From positions 2,709 through 66,708 of the forward strand of contig WRGA01000121.1 in assembly GCA_009787405.1 (NCBI GenBank): a stretch of 64,000 nt of DNA, read 5' to 3'. The position numbers and the translations under genes were made by a program. Origin of the DNA: Candidatus Azobacteroides sp. GTDB taxonomy: Bacteria; Bacteroidota; Bacteroidia; Bacteroidales; WRGA01. The notes beneath the pieces are model-generated. The model was not told the origin of the DNA, ran no database searches, and saw nothing but the letters and a program-made list of their open reading frames with translations. Below are positions 10,457-20,274 of this stretch, piece by piece (position 1 is the stretch's first letter; the number at the start of each line of letters is the position of its first letter).

Positions 10457-10519
10457 TTATATATATAATAAATATGAGTATCAAGCAAACAACTTTTATT
10501 CCTTTTAAACTTTATATTA

Positions 10520-10527
10520 CAAAGATA
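10520..10527 (-). promoter_or_regulatory. -7 box TATCTTTG upstream of GH43 (internal PUL promoter)
   Basis: It matches the Bacteroidota sigma-A -7 consensus TAnnTTTG, 64 nt upstream of the ATG at 10456. Confidence 0.45.
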
Positions 10528-10603
10528 CATATTCTATCAGGCTTTCTATATAAAAATCCGAAAGAATTTTCCGGAAATTACCTTAACCCGGCACCTCTGC
10601 CGT

Positions 10604-11758
10604 TTACTGTTCATCTCCTGCCCTACCTGCTATATCTATTATTTGATTAACAATGACTTTGGGCTGATAATTGCGGTCGAACAATAACGGATAATCGGTT
10701 CGGCCATACATAGGCCAGTTGTTTCTCCAACTTTGATTGTCTGTCACTCCCCACAAGGTAACGCGGCTGATTTTATCGCTGTGTTTCAAAAACAACCGGA
10801 AGAAATCATTGTAACGGTTGGTCCATGCTGTGGCAACAGAATCGGGCAATCCGTCGGGATAAGGATTCATCTGTTTTTGATACTCATAATTAAGCGATAC
10901 CTCCGCGCTATTGACTCCGGGTTGAGGCGAAGGCAATATGGTAAGATCCAACTCGGAAACCGCTACTTTCACCCCGCACCCGGCAAAAGCCAGCAGACTC
11001 TTTTCAAATTCATCAACAGAAGGAAAAGACATACTCATATGCCCCTGCATTCCAATCTCATCTATTTTCACTCCCTGCTCCCGGAGGTCTTGAATCATTT
11101 TCACCACACTGTTTCGTCTACCTTCATTGGCCATTGAATAATCATTGTAAGTTAAAACCGCATCCGGATCGGCTTCCCGGGCAAATTCAAATGCCAGGCG
11201 AATATAATCTTCGCCGATGATCGTATAGAACTTACTTTGACGCCAAGAACCATCATCCATAATCGCTTCGTTGACCACATCCCAACTTTTGACTTTGCCT
11301 TTGTAACGGCCGACCAACGTAAAAATATGATTTTTCATCCGCTCTATCAATACATCACGGGAAACGTCATTTCCTTGATCATCGACAAAAAACCAGGCAG
11401 GGGCTTGCGAATGCCAAACCAAAGTATGCCCGTGAATGTACATATTATTTTTCATTCCGAAATCAACGAACCGGTCGGCTTGTGTGAAATCAAAGACTCC
11501 TTCTCGGGGTTGGATAACTTCGCTCTTCATGCAGTTTTCCGCAGTGATGGAGTTGAATTGTTGTGTTATTACTTTGACAGACAATGAGTCTTCTCCCGAT
11601 GCCTGTTCATCATTGATAGCGGTTCCGATCAGGAATTTTCCGCTCAAAGCTTCTTTCAATGTTGTTGCAGATAACCCCTTCGCAGACAAGGAAGATGCGG
11701 ACATGCATGCCAATAAACCTAAGAAAATAATCTTTTTCATCGATAAATTATCATTCAT
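10604..11758 (-). CDS. GH10 endo-1,4-beta-xylanase, catalytic domain only
   Basis: 384 aa with a signal peptide; the start may be the internal MKKIIFLG at 11740. Motifs are [22 protein letters not shown] and VAVSELDL. Confidence 0.88.
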   Translation of the reverse strand: MNDNLSMKKIIFLGLLACMSASSLSAKGLSATTLKEALSGKFLIGTAINDEQASGEDSLSVKVITQQFNSITAENCMKSEVIQPREGVFDFTQADRFVDFGMKNNMYIHGHTLVWHSQAPAWFFVDDQGNDVSRDVLIERMKNHIFTLVGRYKGKVKSWDVVNEAIMDDGSWRQSKFYTIIGEDYIRLAFEFAREADPDAVLTYNDYSMANEGRRNSVVKMIQDLREQGVKIDEIGMQGHMSMSFPSVDEFEKSLLAFAGCGVKVAVSELDLTILPSPQPGVNSAEVSLNYEYQKQMNPYPDGLPDSVATAWTNRYNDFFRLFLKHSDKISRVTLWGVTDNQSWRNNWPMYGRTDYPLLFDRNYQPKVIVNQIIDIAGRAGDEQ

Positions 11759-11803
11759 ATAATTTCATTTAAGTTATACATAATATGAAATATTTATAAA
11801 TTT

Positions 11804-11872
11804 GAGAAGACAGATAATAGATTTGGAAACCAAAAGACAATCTTTTTACCTTTATAATCTTTCTGTCTTCTC
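11804..11872. repeat. 11-bp perfect inverted repeat in the MFS-GH10 spacer
   Basis: GAGAAGACAGA (11804-11814) and TCTGTCTTCTC (11862-11872), separated by 47 nt. Confidence 0.6.
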
Positions 11873-11895
11873 TTAGTCTTTTTTATCACTTATCT

Positions 11896-13350
11896 TTATT
11901 TAGCTCTTCCTTCTTCAATCTCTCTATTTATTTTGTCGATTACATCATCGTCCAATTCGTATTTTGAGATAATAAACATAGCAAGAAGGAGCAATAACGC
12001 AGGAATAATTGTCATCAACCATAATATTCCTTGTTGCGCTAAAGGTGTTTGTACCGGCAAATCCTTATCGAATTTTACAACGGCAAGTACCAACAACGGA
12101 ATCGCACCGCCCAATGCAAAACCTGCTTTAAAGAAAATACCCGTCAATGCATTGACAACACCCGAAATGCGTTTACCTGTTTTCCTTTCGCCGTATGAAA
12201 TTACTTCAGGAACTAACGCCCACATATAGCCTGTGGCGACGATTACACCCGTGGATTTGATAAATTGTGCAACGCAAATCAACCAAATTTGACTTTTTAA
12301 GGCAGGAATTACCGTGATTACATACAGCATTGCCATTCCAATAATTGCAATTGACAAGAACACATAAAACATTTGTTTTTTGCCGATAGCCCGTTTTATG
12401 GCAGGTACCATAGGCAGGAAAATAAATGCGGGAATTGATCCCAAACCATTAAACCATGGTACAATATCATCTCGGCCGATATTATATCCCAAATAATAGG
12501 AAGAGGCTGTGTTGCCGATAGCCATCATTGCAAATGCCGTGATAAAGAAAAATGCTAAAACACGCAAAGGACGGTTGTAAATAAATTCCTTAAACAAATC
12601 GGCATAATGTACCGATTCGGTCTTGCTTGATTCCATTACAACTCGTTCTTTGGTTTGTGTAAAGCAAAAAACAAGTAACACAAGCCCCGCTACTGCAAAA
12701 ATCAGCAAAACCGTAAACCATGCATCAGCCGCTGAAGCCTGTTTCCAATCATGGTTGGGGGCAAGATACTGAATAAATGCAGGAACGCCGAACTGCACGG
12801 CAAAACCACCGATGTTTGCCATAAGCATACGTACAGACGTAAGTTTTGTTATTTCGTCAGTATCTCTTGTTAATGAAGCATTTAACGCTCCATAGGGAAC
12901 ATTTACCAACGTGTAACACATTGACAGTCCGACATAGGTTACATAAGCGTAAAGCAATTTGTGCGAAAGCGCAAATTTAAGACCGAAAACATTGAAGCTG
13001 AAACTATTTTCCAAACCAACCAATCCGTTCCAATAACAAAGAATAGCAAATACCGTAAGCGGAATGCCCCCAAAAATGAGATAGGTACGATATTTCCCCA
13101 ATTTTGGACTGCGTTTATCAACAAACGCACCGACAAACGGATCCCATAGGACATCTATCAATCTGACAACCAAAATCATAGCCGCAGCAGCACCGGCTGA
13201 AAGTCCAAAAACATTGGTATAAAAAATAGCCAGATAGGTAGAAACCGTTTGATAAATCAAGTTTTGCGCCAAATCGCCGGAACCGAATCCGATCCGCTGT
13301 ACCCAAGACAGTTTGTAAAATCCTCTCGTCTCGTTAATATTAGCATTCAT
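11896..13350 (-). CDS. Glycoside-pentoside-hexuronide (GPH)/MFS cation symporter, probable xylo-oligosaccharide importer
   Basis: 484 aa and polytopic (about 12 hydrophobic segments). It has the GPH-type N-terminus GFGSGDLAQNLIYQTVSTYLAIFYTNVFGL and sits inside the xylan PUL. Confidence 0.8.
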   Translation of the reverse strand: MNANINETRGFYKLSWVQRIGFGSGDLAQNLIYQTVSTYLAIFYTNVFGLSAGAAAAMILVVRLIDVLWDPFVGAFVDKRSPKLGKYRTYLIFGGIPLTVFAILCYWNGLVGLENSFSFNVFGLKFALSHKLLYAYVTYVGLSMCYTLVNVPYGALNASLTRDTDEITKLTSVRMLMANIGGFAVQFGVPAFIQYLAPNHDWKQASAADAWFTVLLIFAVAGLVLLVFCFTQTKERVVMESSKTESVHYADLFKEFIYNRPLRVLAFFFITAFAMMAIGNTASSYYLGYNIGRDDIVPWFNGLGSIPAFIFLPMVPAIKRAIGKKQMFYVFLSIAIIGMAMLYVITVIPALKSQIWLICVAQFIKSTGVIVATGYMWALVPEVISYGERKTGKRISGVVNALTGIFFKAGFALGGAIPLLVLAVVKFDKDLPVQTPLAQQGILWLMTIIPALLLLLAMFIISKYELDDDVIDKINREIEEGRAK

Positions 13351-13383
13351 AACAACATCATGTATTTTTTATTTTTAATTTAA

Positions 13384-15327
13384 TTATTTCTTTACAATAT
13401 CATCTGTTTGAAACGGCGACGCCGGCAAACCTTCTTTATTGTAAAGATTGGCGCCTTCGGGATTATCAGCCCAAGCGTATCGAACCATGACAGGTTGAGT
13501 TATGTCATCACTCCAAACCATTACGTTATTCCCGGTTACGATCGCCTTCGCATTCACAAATTTTTTATTCAATCCGGCTATTGTAAAACCCTTCAATTCA
13601 TCGACGGGTTGCAAGTCATTTGTTCCTTCTTCAAAGGATAAAATAATTTTACCGCCTTCAACAGTCATCGACTTGTAAATCGGGCCGTTACAGATCACAT
13701 TTTTATATCCGTAACTGATATTTTGAGCCAATAACGATAATCTTTTGCCCACCTCTTTTTTATTCAACGGATGAATATCATTCCATTCCCCGATGTCAAT
13801 CGTCACAGCCAATCCCGTATTCGGTACCGCTTGCGACAGTTTCAATTGCACCTCCCTGAGTTCCGCCCAATTGCTTTCGGTCGGATAATCATACGATTTC
13901 ATGAAACTCGCCAATTGCACGATAAAGAAAGGTAAATCGGGTTGATTCAGGCGATGACGCCAATCGGCAATCAAGGTCGACATCAACGAATAATACTCGT
14001 TATATCTTCCCGTATTGGATTCACCCTGATACCAAAGTACACCTTTAAATCCGGCATTCAACAAAGGCGCGATCATGGCGTTATACAATCCTGCCGGTTT
14101 ATATTGAAAAGAAACCTCTCCCTGCAATTGAGGCATTTCGGTTCCGCATTTCCATTTCCATTTGCCCGTAAGGTCTATTTCCGTATTGTCGATGATCATT
14201 TTATACGGCTTATCTTCGACAAATTCGGGATATCCCGAATAACTCATCAACCGCACGGTGATTACATTTCCGCCTTTTTTCAGCAGACCTTCGGGAATCG
14301 GATAGATACGGGGCGGATAACGATAGGAAACCGATCCGACAAAAACACCGTTTACATACACCGAATCGGCATCGACTATGCATCCCAAACGCAAAACGGC
14401 TTGTTTTCCCGCCAAGGATTCCGGAATTTCGACTTTCTTGCGAAACCAAAACGAGCCGTTTATCGGATTCAGTCCGTCTTTTCCCCAAGAGTTGTCGAAT
14501 AAATCGATCGTATTCCATGATTCATCGTCATAGTCGGGGGAATACCATTTTGTCCCGGCATTCAGCCCCTGATCCCGGCTGTAAAGAACGGCATTCCATA
14601 AATCCCGTCTTTTCCGGTCCAACGCTTTTACCTCCGAAACATATTCATCCGACCGGCAAATCATCATATCATTATAACAGGCGGGAAAAGATTTCAATTT
14701 TTCGGCGCTGATCCAAGCTTCGGCAGGCGAACCGCCGACACTTGAGTTAATCAATCCGATCGGAATCTTTATTTTATCGTATAAATCCTTTGCAAAGAAA
14801 TAAGCAGTTGCCGAAAAATCCGGAGCATTGTCGGGAGTCAACGTTTTCCAAGAAGCCGGGTTTACATCGGCTTCCGGTTGATGAAAATTATAATGCAGCG
14901 GAATTTTAATATGTCGAATCATCGGATTTGAATAGGTTTTGATTTCTTCCCGAAACATATCCCCGACTCTCGAAACTTGCAATTCCATATTCGACTGTCC
15001 CGAACACAACCATACATCACCGATCAAAATATCTTTCAGTTCGATATCATTTATTTTCATGATATACGGACCTCCCGCTTTTTGGGGCGGCAATGTAATT
15101 TTCCAATTCCCCGATTCATCTGTATCGGCATGATACGTTTTATTCAAAAAACTCACGGAAACTTTTTCACCCGGCCGGGCAAATCCCCACACCGAAATGT
15201 CCTGATCCCGTTGAAGCACCATGCCGTCGGAAACCAATGCCGGAAGCTCCACCTTTGCTTCACATCCTAATGATGTGAAGCACAAGATGAAACCCATCAA
15301 ACCAACCTTTAAACACCTATCAAACAT
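13384..15327 (-). CDS. SASA/sialate O-acetylesterase-family carbohydrate esterase, probable acetyl-xylan esterase
   Basis: 647 aa with a signal peptide. The SGNH-like nucleophile block is DVWLCSGQSNME, with a second block VLWYQGESN. PUL context supports the xylan role. Confidence 0.75.
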   Translation of the reverse strand: MFDRCLKVGLMGFILCFTSLGCEAKVELPALVSDGMVLQRDQDISVWGFARPGEKVSVSFLNKTYHADTDESGNWKITLPPQKAGGPYIMKINDIELKDILIGDVWLCSGQSNMELQVSRVGDMFREEIKTYSNPMIRHIKIPLHYNFHQPEADVNPASWKTLTPDNAPDFSATAYFFAKDLYDKIKIPIGLINSSVGGSPAEAWISAEKLKSFPACYNDMMICRSDEYVSEVKALDRKRRDLWNAVLYSRDQGLNAGTKWYSPDYDDESWNTIDLFDNSWGKDGLNPINGSFWFRKKVEIPESLAGKQAVLRLGCIVDADSVYVNGVFVGSVSYRYPPRIYPIPEGLLKKGGNVITVRLMSYSGYPEFVEDKPYKMIIDNTEIDLTGKWKWKCGTEMPQLQGEVSFQYKPAGLYNAMIAPLLNAGFKGVLWYQGESNTGRYNEYYSLMSTLIADWRHRLNQPDLPFFIVQLASFMKSYDYPTESNWAELREVQLKLSQAVPNTGLAVTIDIGEWNDIHPLNKKEVGKRLSLLAQNISYGYKNVICNGPIYKSMTVEGGKIILSFEEGTNDLQPVDELKGFTIAGLNKKFVNAKAIVTGNNVMVWSDDITQPVMVRYAWADNPEGANLYNKEGLPASPFQTDDIVKK

Positions 15328-15401
15328 AAAAGTACCTGTTTATCGTCTTCTTTGTGAGTCCTGCCAAATTTAAATCGCGTCTGATCTAAAATAATACCGG
15401 A

Positions 15402-17246
15402 CTAATATTTCAATTCACCCGAAAATTCGGAACTGACATCCTTTCCGGCCAAGCCGTCGGCAAAACCTTTGTAAGCATGTTTACGGGCATAATCAGCATT
15501 CCAGAGACAAGGAGCGTCATTTTTCAACCAGTATTCATGTTCATTTTCATTATCGGAAACGCTCCAAACGGTTATACTGTAACGTTGATTAGCCGGAATA
15601 ATTTTGGTGTATATATCGGCTACATAACGATATAATTCGGCTTGACTCGCAAATTGATCGAGAGTAGGAGACACCGGATTTGCCGGTGACGAACTTCCAT
15701 TCGAGTCACTTGAAATGGCAACATCCAATTCCGAAACTTTTATCAGCTTACCCGTAGCGGCAAGTTTTTGGAACATAGTCTTAATTCCTGTCGTATCACT
15801 CCAATTGATGTTCAAGTGCAATTGAGTGGCGATTCCGTCTACTGTAGCGCCTTGACTTTCGATATACCGTACATAATCGATCAAACCGTCGAGTTTGGCG
15901 CTGTTTGTCGATTCCAAGTTGTAATCGTTGATAAACAATTTAGCGTCAGGATCAGCAGCACGAGCAGCTTTAAAGGCTATTACAGCATAATCTTTACCCA
16001 AATAATCCTGCCAATAAAAATCATCTCCGTCGAGCGTTGCACCCACGCCCGTTTTCAACCCGCTGCCGTTATCATTCATCGGCTCATTGACAACCTCCCA
16101 CGCAGGCACCATTCCTTTGTATTTAGCAGAAGTAGAAAAATGAGTAACTACATCTGTGATATATTTAACCAAAACAGGTTCCAAAATGGCTGCTTTTTCC
16201 TCCGGTGTTTTCTCAATCGTGGTAGGACCGGAGCGCAACACACCTCTTGATTTTAGAGATGCTTCCGACATTACGGGAGCCGCATCAAGGTCTGTGATTT
16301 CTATAGCATCAATGAGGTAAGTTACATTCGGTACAGAAGCGAGCAAAAGGCGAACGTGCATAGCATTATCATCGGTTGTTGCAATCATTACCGGGGAATC
16401 ACCGCCAACTGTTTCAGTATTGTAAATCACTTGCGTCCAAGTGGTACCGACAGGAGCAAATTCTGCCCCATTTACATATGGATATTGATTTCCGAGATTT
16501 CCGTTTGGAAAATCGATCGTTACTTCACCGGGCGCTGAACCTTTAATCCAAAAAGAAATCTGGTAATGATGACCTTTAATAATTGAAAAATCCGGACTGT
16601 TGAGTTGCCCGTGTCCATCGTATTTACCACCTGTGGCATCGCTCGGTATTATAACCTGCAAAGACTGCGTTCCGTCCACGGCATCATTGCTTACAATCGA
16701 ATAATTTTCTTTATAGTAGGCTGCCGCCCAACCGGCCATTCCATTCTCAAAACTACCATCCACGAGGCTTTCGTCCGGAGTGCCGGGAATAATGGTAGGC
16801 GCAATCAAACTGTTCAAATAAGAAGCTTGCTGCTGAGTATGCCACACAAGCACATGTCCGTAAACCGTCAGATTTGCACTTTTCAGTTGATCAAATGTCT
16901 TATCTACATTGTCAAAATTAAGCACGCCGCTGCTGTTCATCAACGACGACTGCTTCATTTCATTCCCGGCTACAATTTCGTCAAAATTTTCGTTTACAAG
17001 ATTACGGTACTCTTCGTTGTTCGTATAGAGATTGAAATCAATCCCCACGCCCAACTTGAAATCGGTGTACGTTTTCAACGCATCGTAGCGGGAAATAGCT
17101 TCCTGTAATTGCAACGGCAATTCCGCCGCTGCAGGATGTGTGTAAGGGTCTCCCCATTCCATTTTTTCATCGTAACACCCATTCAATCCGAAAATTAATG
17201 TTACAAATACAAACGGTATAATATTTTTTAATTTCATAATATACAT
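15402..17246 (-). CDS. Surface lipoprotein GH10 endo-xylanase interrupted by a CBM4_9-like insertion
   Basis: 614 aa with a lipobox (FGLNGCYDE). The GH10 N-terminal part is EIVAGNEMKQSSL...VYGHVLVWHTQ, followed by a ~170-aa beta-sandwich insertion (DGSFENGMAGW...IEITDLD). The GH10 domain then resumes with WEVVNEPMND and IKVSELDVAI. Confidence 0.85.
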   Translation of the reverse strand: MYIMKLKNIIPFVFVTLIFGLNGCYDEKMEWGDPYTHPAAAELPLQLQEAISRYDALKTYTDFKLGVGIDFNLYTNNEEYRNLVNENFDEIVAGNEMKQSSLMNSSGVLNFDNVDKTFDQLKSANLTVYGHVLVWHTQQQASYLNSLIAPTIIPGTPDESLVDGSFENGMAGWAAAYYKENYSIVSNDAVDGTQSLQVIIPSDATGGKYDGHGQLNSPDFSIIKGHHYQISFWIKGSAPGEVTIDFPNGNLGNQYPYVNGAEFAPVGTTWTQVIYNTETVGGDSPVMIATTDDNAMHVRLLLASVPNVTYLIDAIEITDLDAAPVMSEASLKSRGVLRSGPTTIEKTPEEKAAILEPVLVKYITDVVTHFSTSAKYKGMVPAWEVVNEPMNDNGSGLKTGVGATLDGDDFYWQDYLGKDYAVIAFKAARAADPDAKLFINDYNLESTNSAKLDGLIDYVRYIESQGATVDGIATQLHLNINWSDTTGIKTMFQKLAATGKLIKVSELDVAISSDSNGSSSPANPVSPTLDQFASQAELYRYVADIYTKIIPANQRYSITVWSVSDNENEHEYWLKNDAPCLWNADYARKHAYKGFADGLAGKDVSSEFSGELKY

Positions 17247-17258
17247 TATTTTAATTAA

Positions 17259-18572
17259 TTATTCTTCATCGGGAAAATCACTATAAGCAGGCGCACTTAA
17301 CGGCACTATACGAATATTATCAAAATAAATCTTTTCAGTAGCAGCCACCGGATCAAAAACATCTTTTATGCCTGAATTTTCAAAAAATGGCCCTGTCTGC
17401 ATGTATGAAGCCTGGCCCATTTGTGCAATTACGTCGCCCAGCGTTTTATCTGTAAAATCAGCACTTAAACTGAACGGCAATGTAATTGTAAACCAGCAGC
17501 CCGGGTTTACGAACGCTGTAGCATTATAAGAAGTCCCATTGGGGTAAACCGGTTGATAAAGCATACAATATCTATCATTGCCCCAGCCGTCAGCCGCAAC
17601 ATAACGGATTATACCCGAATTCCACGCTCCATCCACATAAATGTCCATTTGAATGCCGCATTGGTCGGTTGGAGTGGAAGCCGGTAATTTTCCCATAATA
17701 TCCATTACAGGACTTGAATTAAGCCAAAATTTCTGTACATTACCTGCAGCAAGATTTCCGTCAGCATTGAAGCATTGATACCCGCCTTGCGATTTGGGCG
17801 AATTGCCTGCCGAAGATGGAATAACAGCCGTTAAAGCCGTATTATCAATACCCGATCCCCAGTTATAATTTTGAACATCGTCGAAATTATGCAAAAGTCC
17901 TTCTTTGTAGTTGAAGTAAGCCGGCGAATATGCTCCGCCGTTTGCACCGATTACCGTTATTGAGCCGCTTGTTGTAATGCCTGCGGGAACCGTAACCAAA
18001 CACCATCTGCCGTCTTCATTATCGGAAGTGATGTTCGTTCCTTCAATATTTCCCGGGAAAAGCACTTGTTTAACGCCTTGCAATCCGGTTCCATAAATAG
18101 TAATTACATCACCTGCTTGCGGCATGGTATGAGAAATGCTCGTAATGGCCGGAGCGGCTGCCCTTATCTCGAAGGGATGTTCATATTGAGTACCGCCTTT
18201 TTCCATGATAATGGTATTGAGCACATCCGGGGCGGCATCTATGATAGGCGTTCCATCGGGAATCTGCACAAAAAGATTGTTATCCGTTGCCAAAGCCGGA
18301 TTGAACGTGGCGCTTTTGCCGTTAAAATACACTTTCTGAACACCGGTGAAGCCTGACCCTTCCAATCGCAACAGTTGCCCGATACGGGCGAATGCTACTT
18401 CACGATCGGTCACGGAAGATTTCGCATCTTCGAGATATACTTTCGTAATGGTCGCAGGCGAATTACTTCCATCGTCGTCGTCCTTGCAGGAACTCCCCCC
18501 CCATGCGACAAGAAACAAGGTAATCAGTACAAACAACGACCCTATATTTTTATACGCTATATTTTTCATCAT
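17259..18572 (-). CDS. PUL-encoded surface glycan-binding lipoprotein (SGBP-like, IPT/TIG-type repeats)
   Basis: 437 aa with a lipobox (WGGSSCKDDDD). Two Ig-like repeats end GSGFTGVQKVYFNG and GTGLQGVKQVLFPG. It lies immediately downstream of susD, the canonical SGBP slot. Confidence 0.6.
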   Translation of the reverse strand: MMKNIAYKNIGSLFVLITLFLVAWGGSSCKDDDDGSNSPATITKVYLEDAKSSVTDREVAFARIGQLLRLEGSGFTGVQKVYFNGKSATFNPALATDNNLFVQIPDGTPIIDAAPDVLNTIIMEKGGTQYEHPFEIRAAAPAITSISHTMPQAGDVITIYGTGLQGVKQVLFPGNIEGTNITSDNEDGRWCLVTVPAGITTSGSITVIGANGGAYSPAYFNYKEGLLHNFDDVQNYNWGSGIDNTALTAVIPSSAGNSPKSQGGYQCFNADGNLAAGNVQKFWLNSSPVMDIMGKLPASTPTDQCGIQMDIYVDGAWNSGIIRYVAADGWGNDRYCMLYQPVYPNGTSYNATAFVNPGCWFTITLPFSLSADFTDKTLGDVIAQMGQASYMQTGPFFENSGIKDVFDPVAATEKIYFDNIRIVPLSAPAYSDFPDEE

Positions 18573-18588
18573 CTCTCTATTTTATTTA

Positions 18589-20265
18589 TTATTCAAACAA
18601 ATCGGTAATTTTTTCTTCGGCGAATGTAAACGGCACAGGAGGATCACTCAGCTTCGGATCCATGATGAGGTCGGTTTCGGGATACGGCAACTTGAATGTC
18701 GATGCATCGGCTTTGCCCACGGCCCGTGTGCCCGGACTCCTGTTTGGATCGTTCCGCAGATTATTGGGAGCGGTGAACAGATATGCCGGAATCGTACCTC
18801 TGTTTTGCCCGTTAATGTAGTTAATCACTTCCTGCTGCTTGTAATAAGCGCGACTGACCAAGTCGTACCAATAGCGGCCTTCCATACAAAACTCGGTACG
18901 TCGTTCATGACGGATGTCTTCCCATGTGATAGAACTTTTCGGATTCAGTCCGGCACGTTCACGTACTTTGTTGAAGTATTCCAACGCTACCACATCGGAA
19001 GTACTCGGCTGATTGCCCAGTATGGCTTCGGCATAATTCAGGTAAACTTCCGCCAGACGCAGCATATAATTATCGAGCGCCGAGTTCATCCGACCGATAG
19101 CCGGATTATCATCCTTTGAGCCTACTACGCCTTTTTTAACGCAAAGGTCTGTACTTGCATTTCCCGAAGCATTGAGTTGACAGAGATAGCCGTTGTCAGC
19201 CTTGTCTATTTCGGGATAAAAATCGCCGTAACCCATCCACGTAGCCTTGCGGCGGATGGTATCATTCAATTCATATTCCTTGAGCACATCGTAGGTACAG
19301 AATACGTAGCCTCCCCACGCCGCGTCGTCGCCGGTAATGGCAGAGTTGGCGGCAAAATAGGCCTGTTGTGAATTAATAACGCCGTATCCTGTGTCATTGT
19401 TCAATCCGGGTATCCACTGAAAAGCAAACATGGATTCGGAGTTGTTGTTGTTTTCGATCATGAACAGGTCGGGATAATTGTTCATCAATTGAAACGAACT
19501 GTGATTGATCACCATTTCGGCAGCTTTTTTGGCCAAGTCGAGATAGGCTTGATCACGTGTTCCCACATTCGGGTTTTCACCGTAATTGGATGCCACGAAT
19601 CCCGAATAAGCCAAATATATTCTCGACAACATGCCGAATGCACTGTATCGGTTTACACGTCCGGCCTGCGATGAGGTTTCGGGCAAATATTTGGCGGCAA
19701 ATTCCAGATCACGGATCGCATATTCGTACACATCTTTTTGCGGATTGGTATTTTGCAGGGGATTTGCAGCCGCTGCAGCAGCATCTTCCACGATAGGCAC
19801 GTCACGCCACAAAGAGGCTAAGTGCCAATAAGCCGTACCACGCATAAAGCGGGCTTCGGCAATGTATTGATCTTTTACCGACCGGGCAGACGAACCGGCT
19901 TCGATCGTATTAATGGCGGCAGTAGATTGCCCGACGACCACATAGAACGAACTCCACGCCGAGTTCAAGGGGCCCGTGAGACCGTTCACCTGCAAATCCA
20001 TAAAAGGATACACATAATCTGAGGTACGCGCCAGCAGATTGTAAGACATTCCGTCACCCAAACCGTAATAGAATTTATCGTTGAAATCGAACCACACTTT
20101 ATTATATAAAGGCGAGACAAGCGCGGGCAGATTGTCGTCGCTTAACGTTTGTCCGGTGATCGTGCTGTTGAAATCGTTGTCTAAGAAATCACTGCAAGAC
20201 ACCGTAAACAACGCCGCCGAAAGCAATAATGCATATATTTTTGTTTTCATATTCATAAATTTCAT
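18589..20265 (-). CDS. susD: SusD/RagB-family nutrient-binding outer-membrane lipoprotein
   Basis: 558 aa with a lipobox (FTVSCSDFLD) and SusD-typical blocks (RFMRGTAYWHLASLW, AEVYLNYAEA). It lies 10 nt downstream of susC. Confidence 0.9.
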   Translation of the reverse strand: MKFMNMKTKIYALLLSAALFTVSCSDFLDNDFNSTITGQTLSDDNLPALVSPLYNKVWFDFNDKFYYGLGDGMSYNLLARTSDYVYPFMDLQVNGLTGPLNSAWSSFYVVVGQSTAAINTIEAGSSARSVKDQYIAEARFMRGTAYWHLASLWRDVPIVEDAAAAAANPLQNTNPQKDVYEYAIRDLEFAAKYLPETSSQAGRVNRYSAFGMLSRIYLAYSGFVASNYGENPNVGTRDQAYLDLAKKAAEMVINHSSFQLMNNYPDLFMIENNNNSESMFAFQWIPGLNNDTGYGVINSQQAYFAANSAITGDDAAWGGYVFCTYDVLKEYELNDTIRRKATWMGYGDFYPEIDKADNGYLCQLNASGNASTDLCVKKGVVGSKDDNPAIGRMNSALDNYMLRLAEVYLNYAEAILGNQPSTSDVVALEYFNKVRERAGLNPKSSITWEDIRHERRTEFCMEGRYWYDLVSRAYYKQQEVINYINGQNRGTIPAYLFTAPNNLRNDPNRSPGTRAVGKADASTFKLPYPETDLIMDPKLSDPPVPFTFAEEKITDLFE

Positions 20266-20274
20266 TTTTAAAGA

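Noticed and set aside
10447-10650. 67-aa plus-strand ORF in the GH43/GH10 spacer
   Set aside because: It lies in an AT-rich spacer on the strand opposite the operon, overlaps both flanking gene ends, and contains the predicted -7 box.
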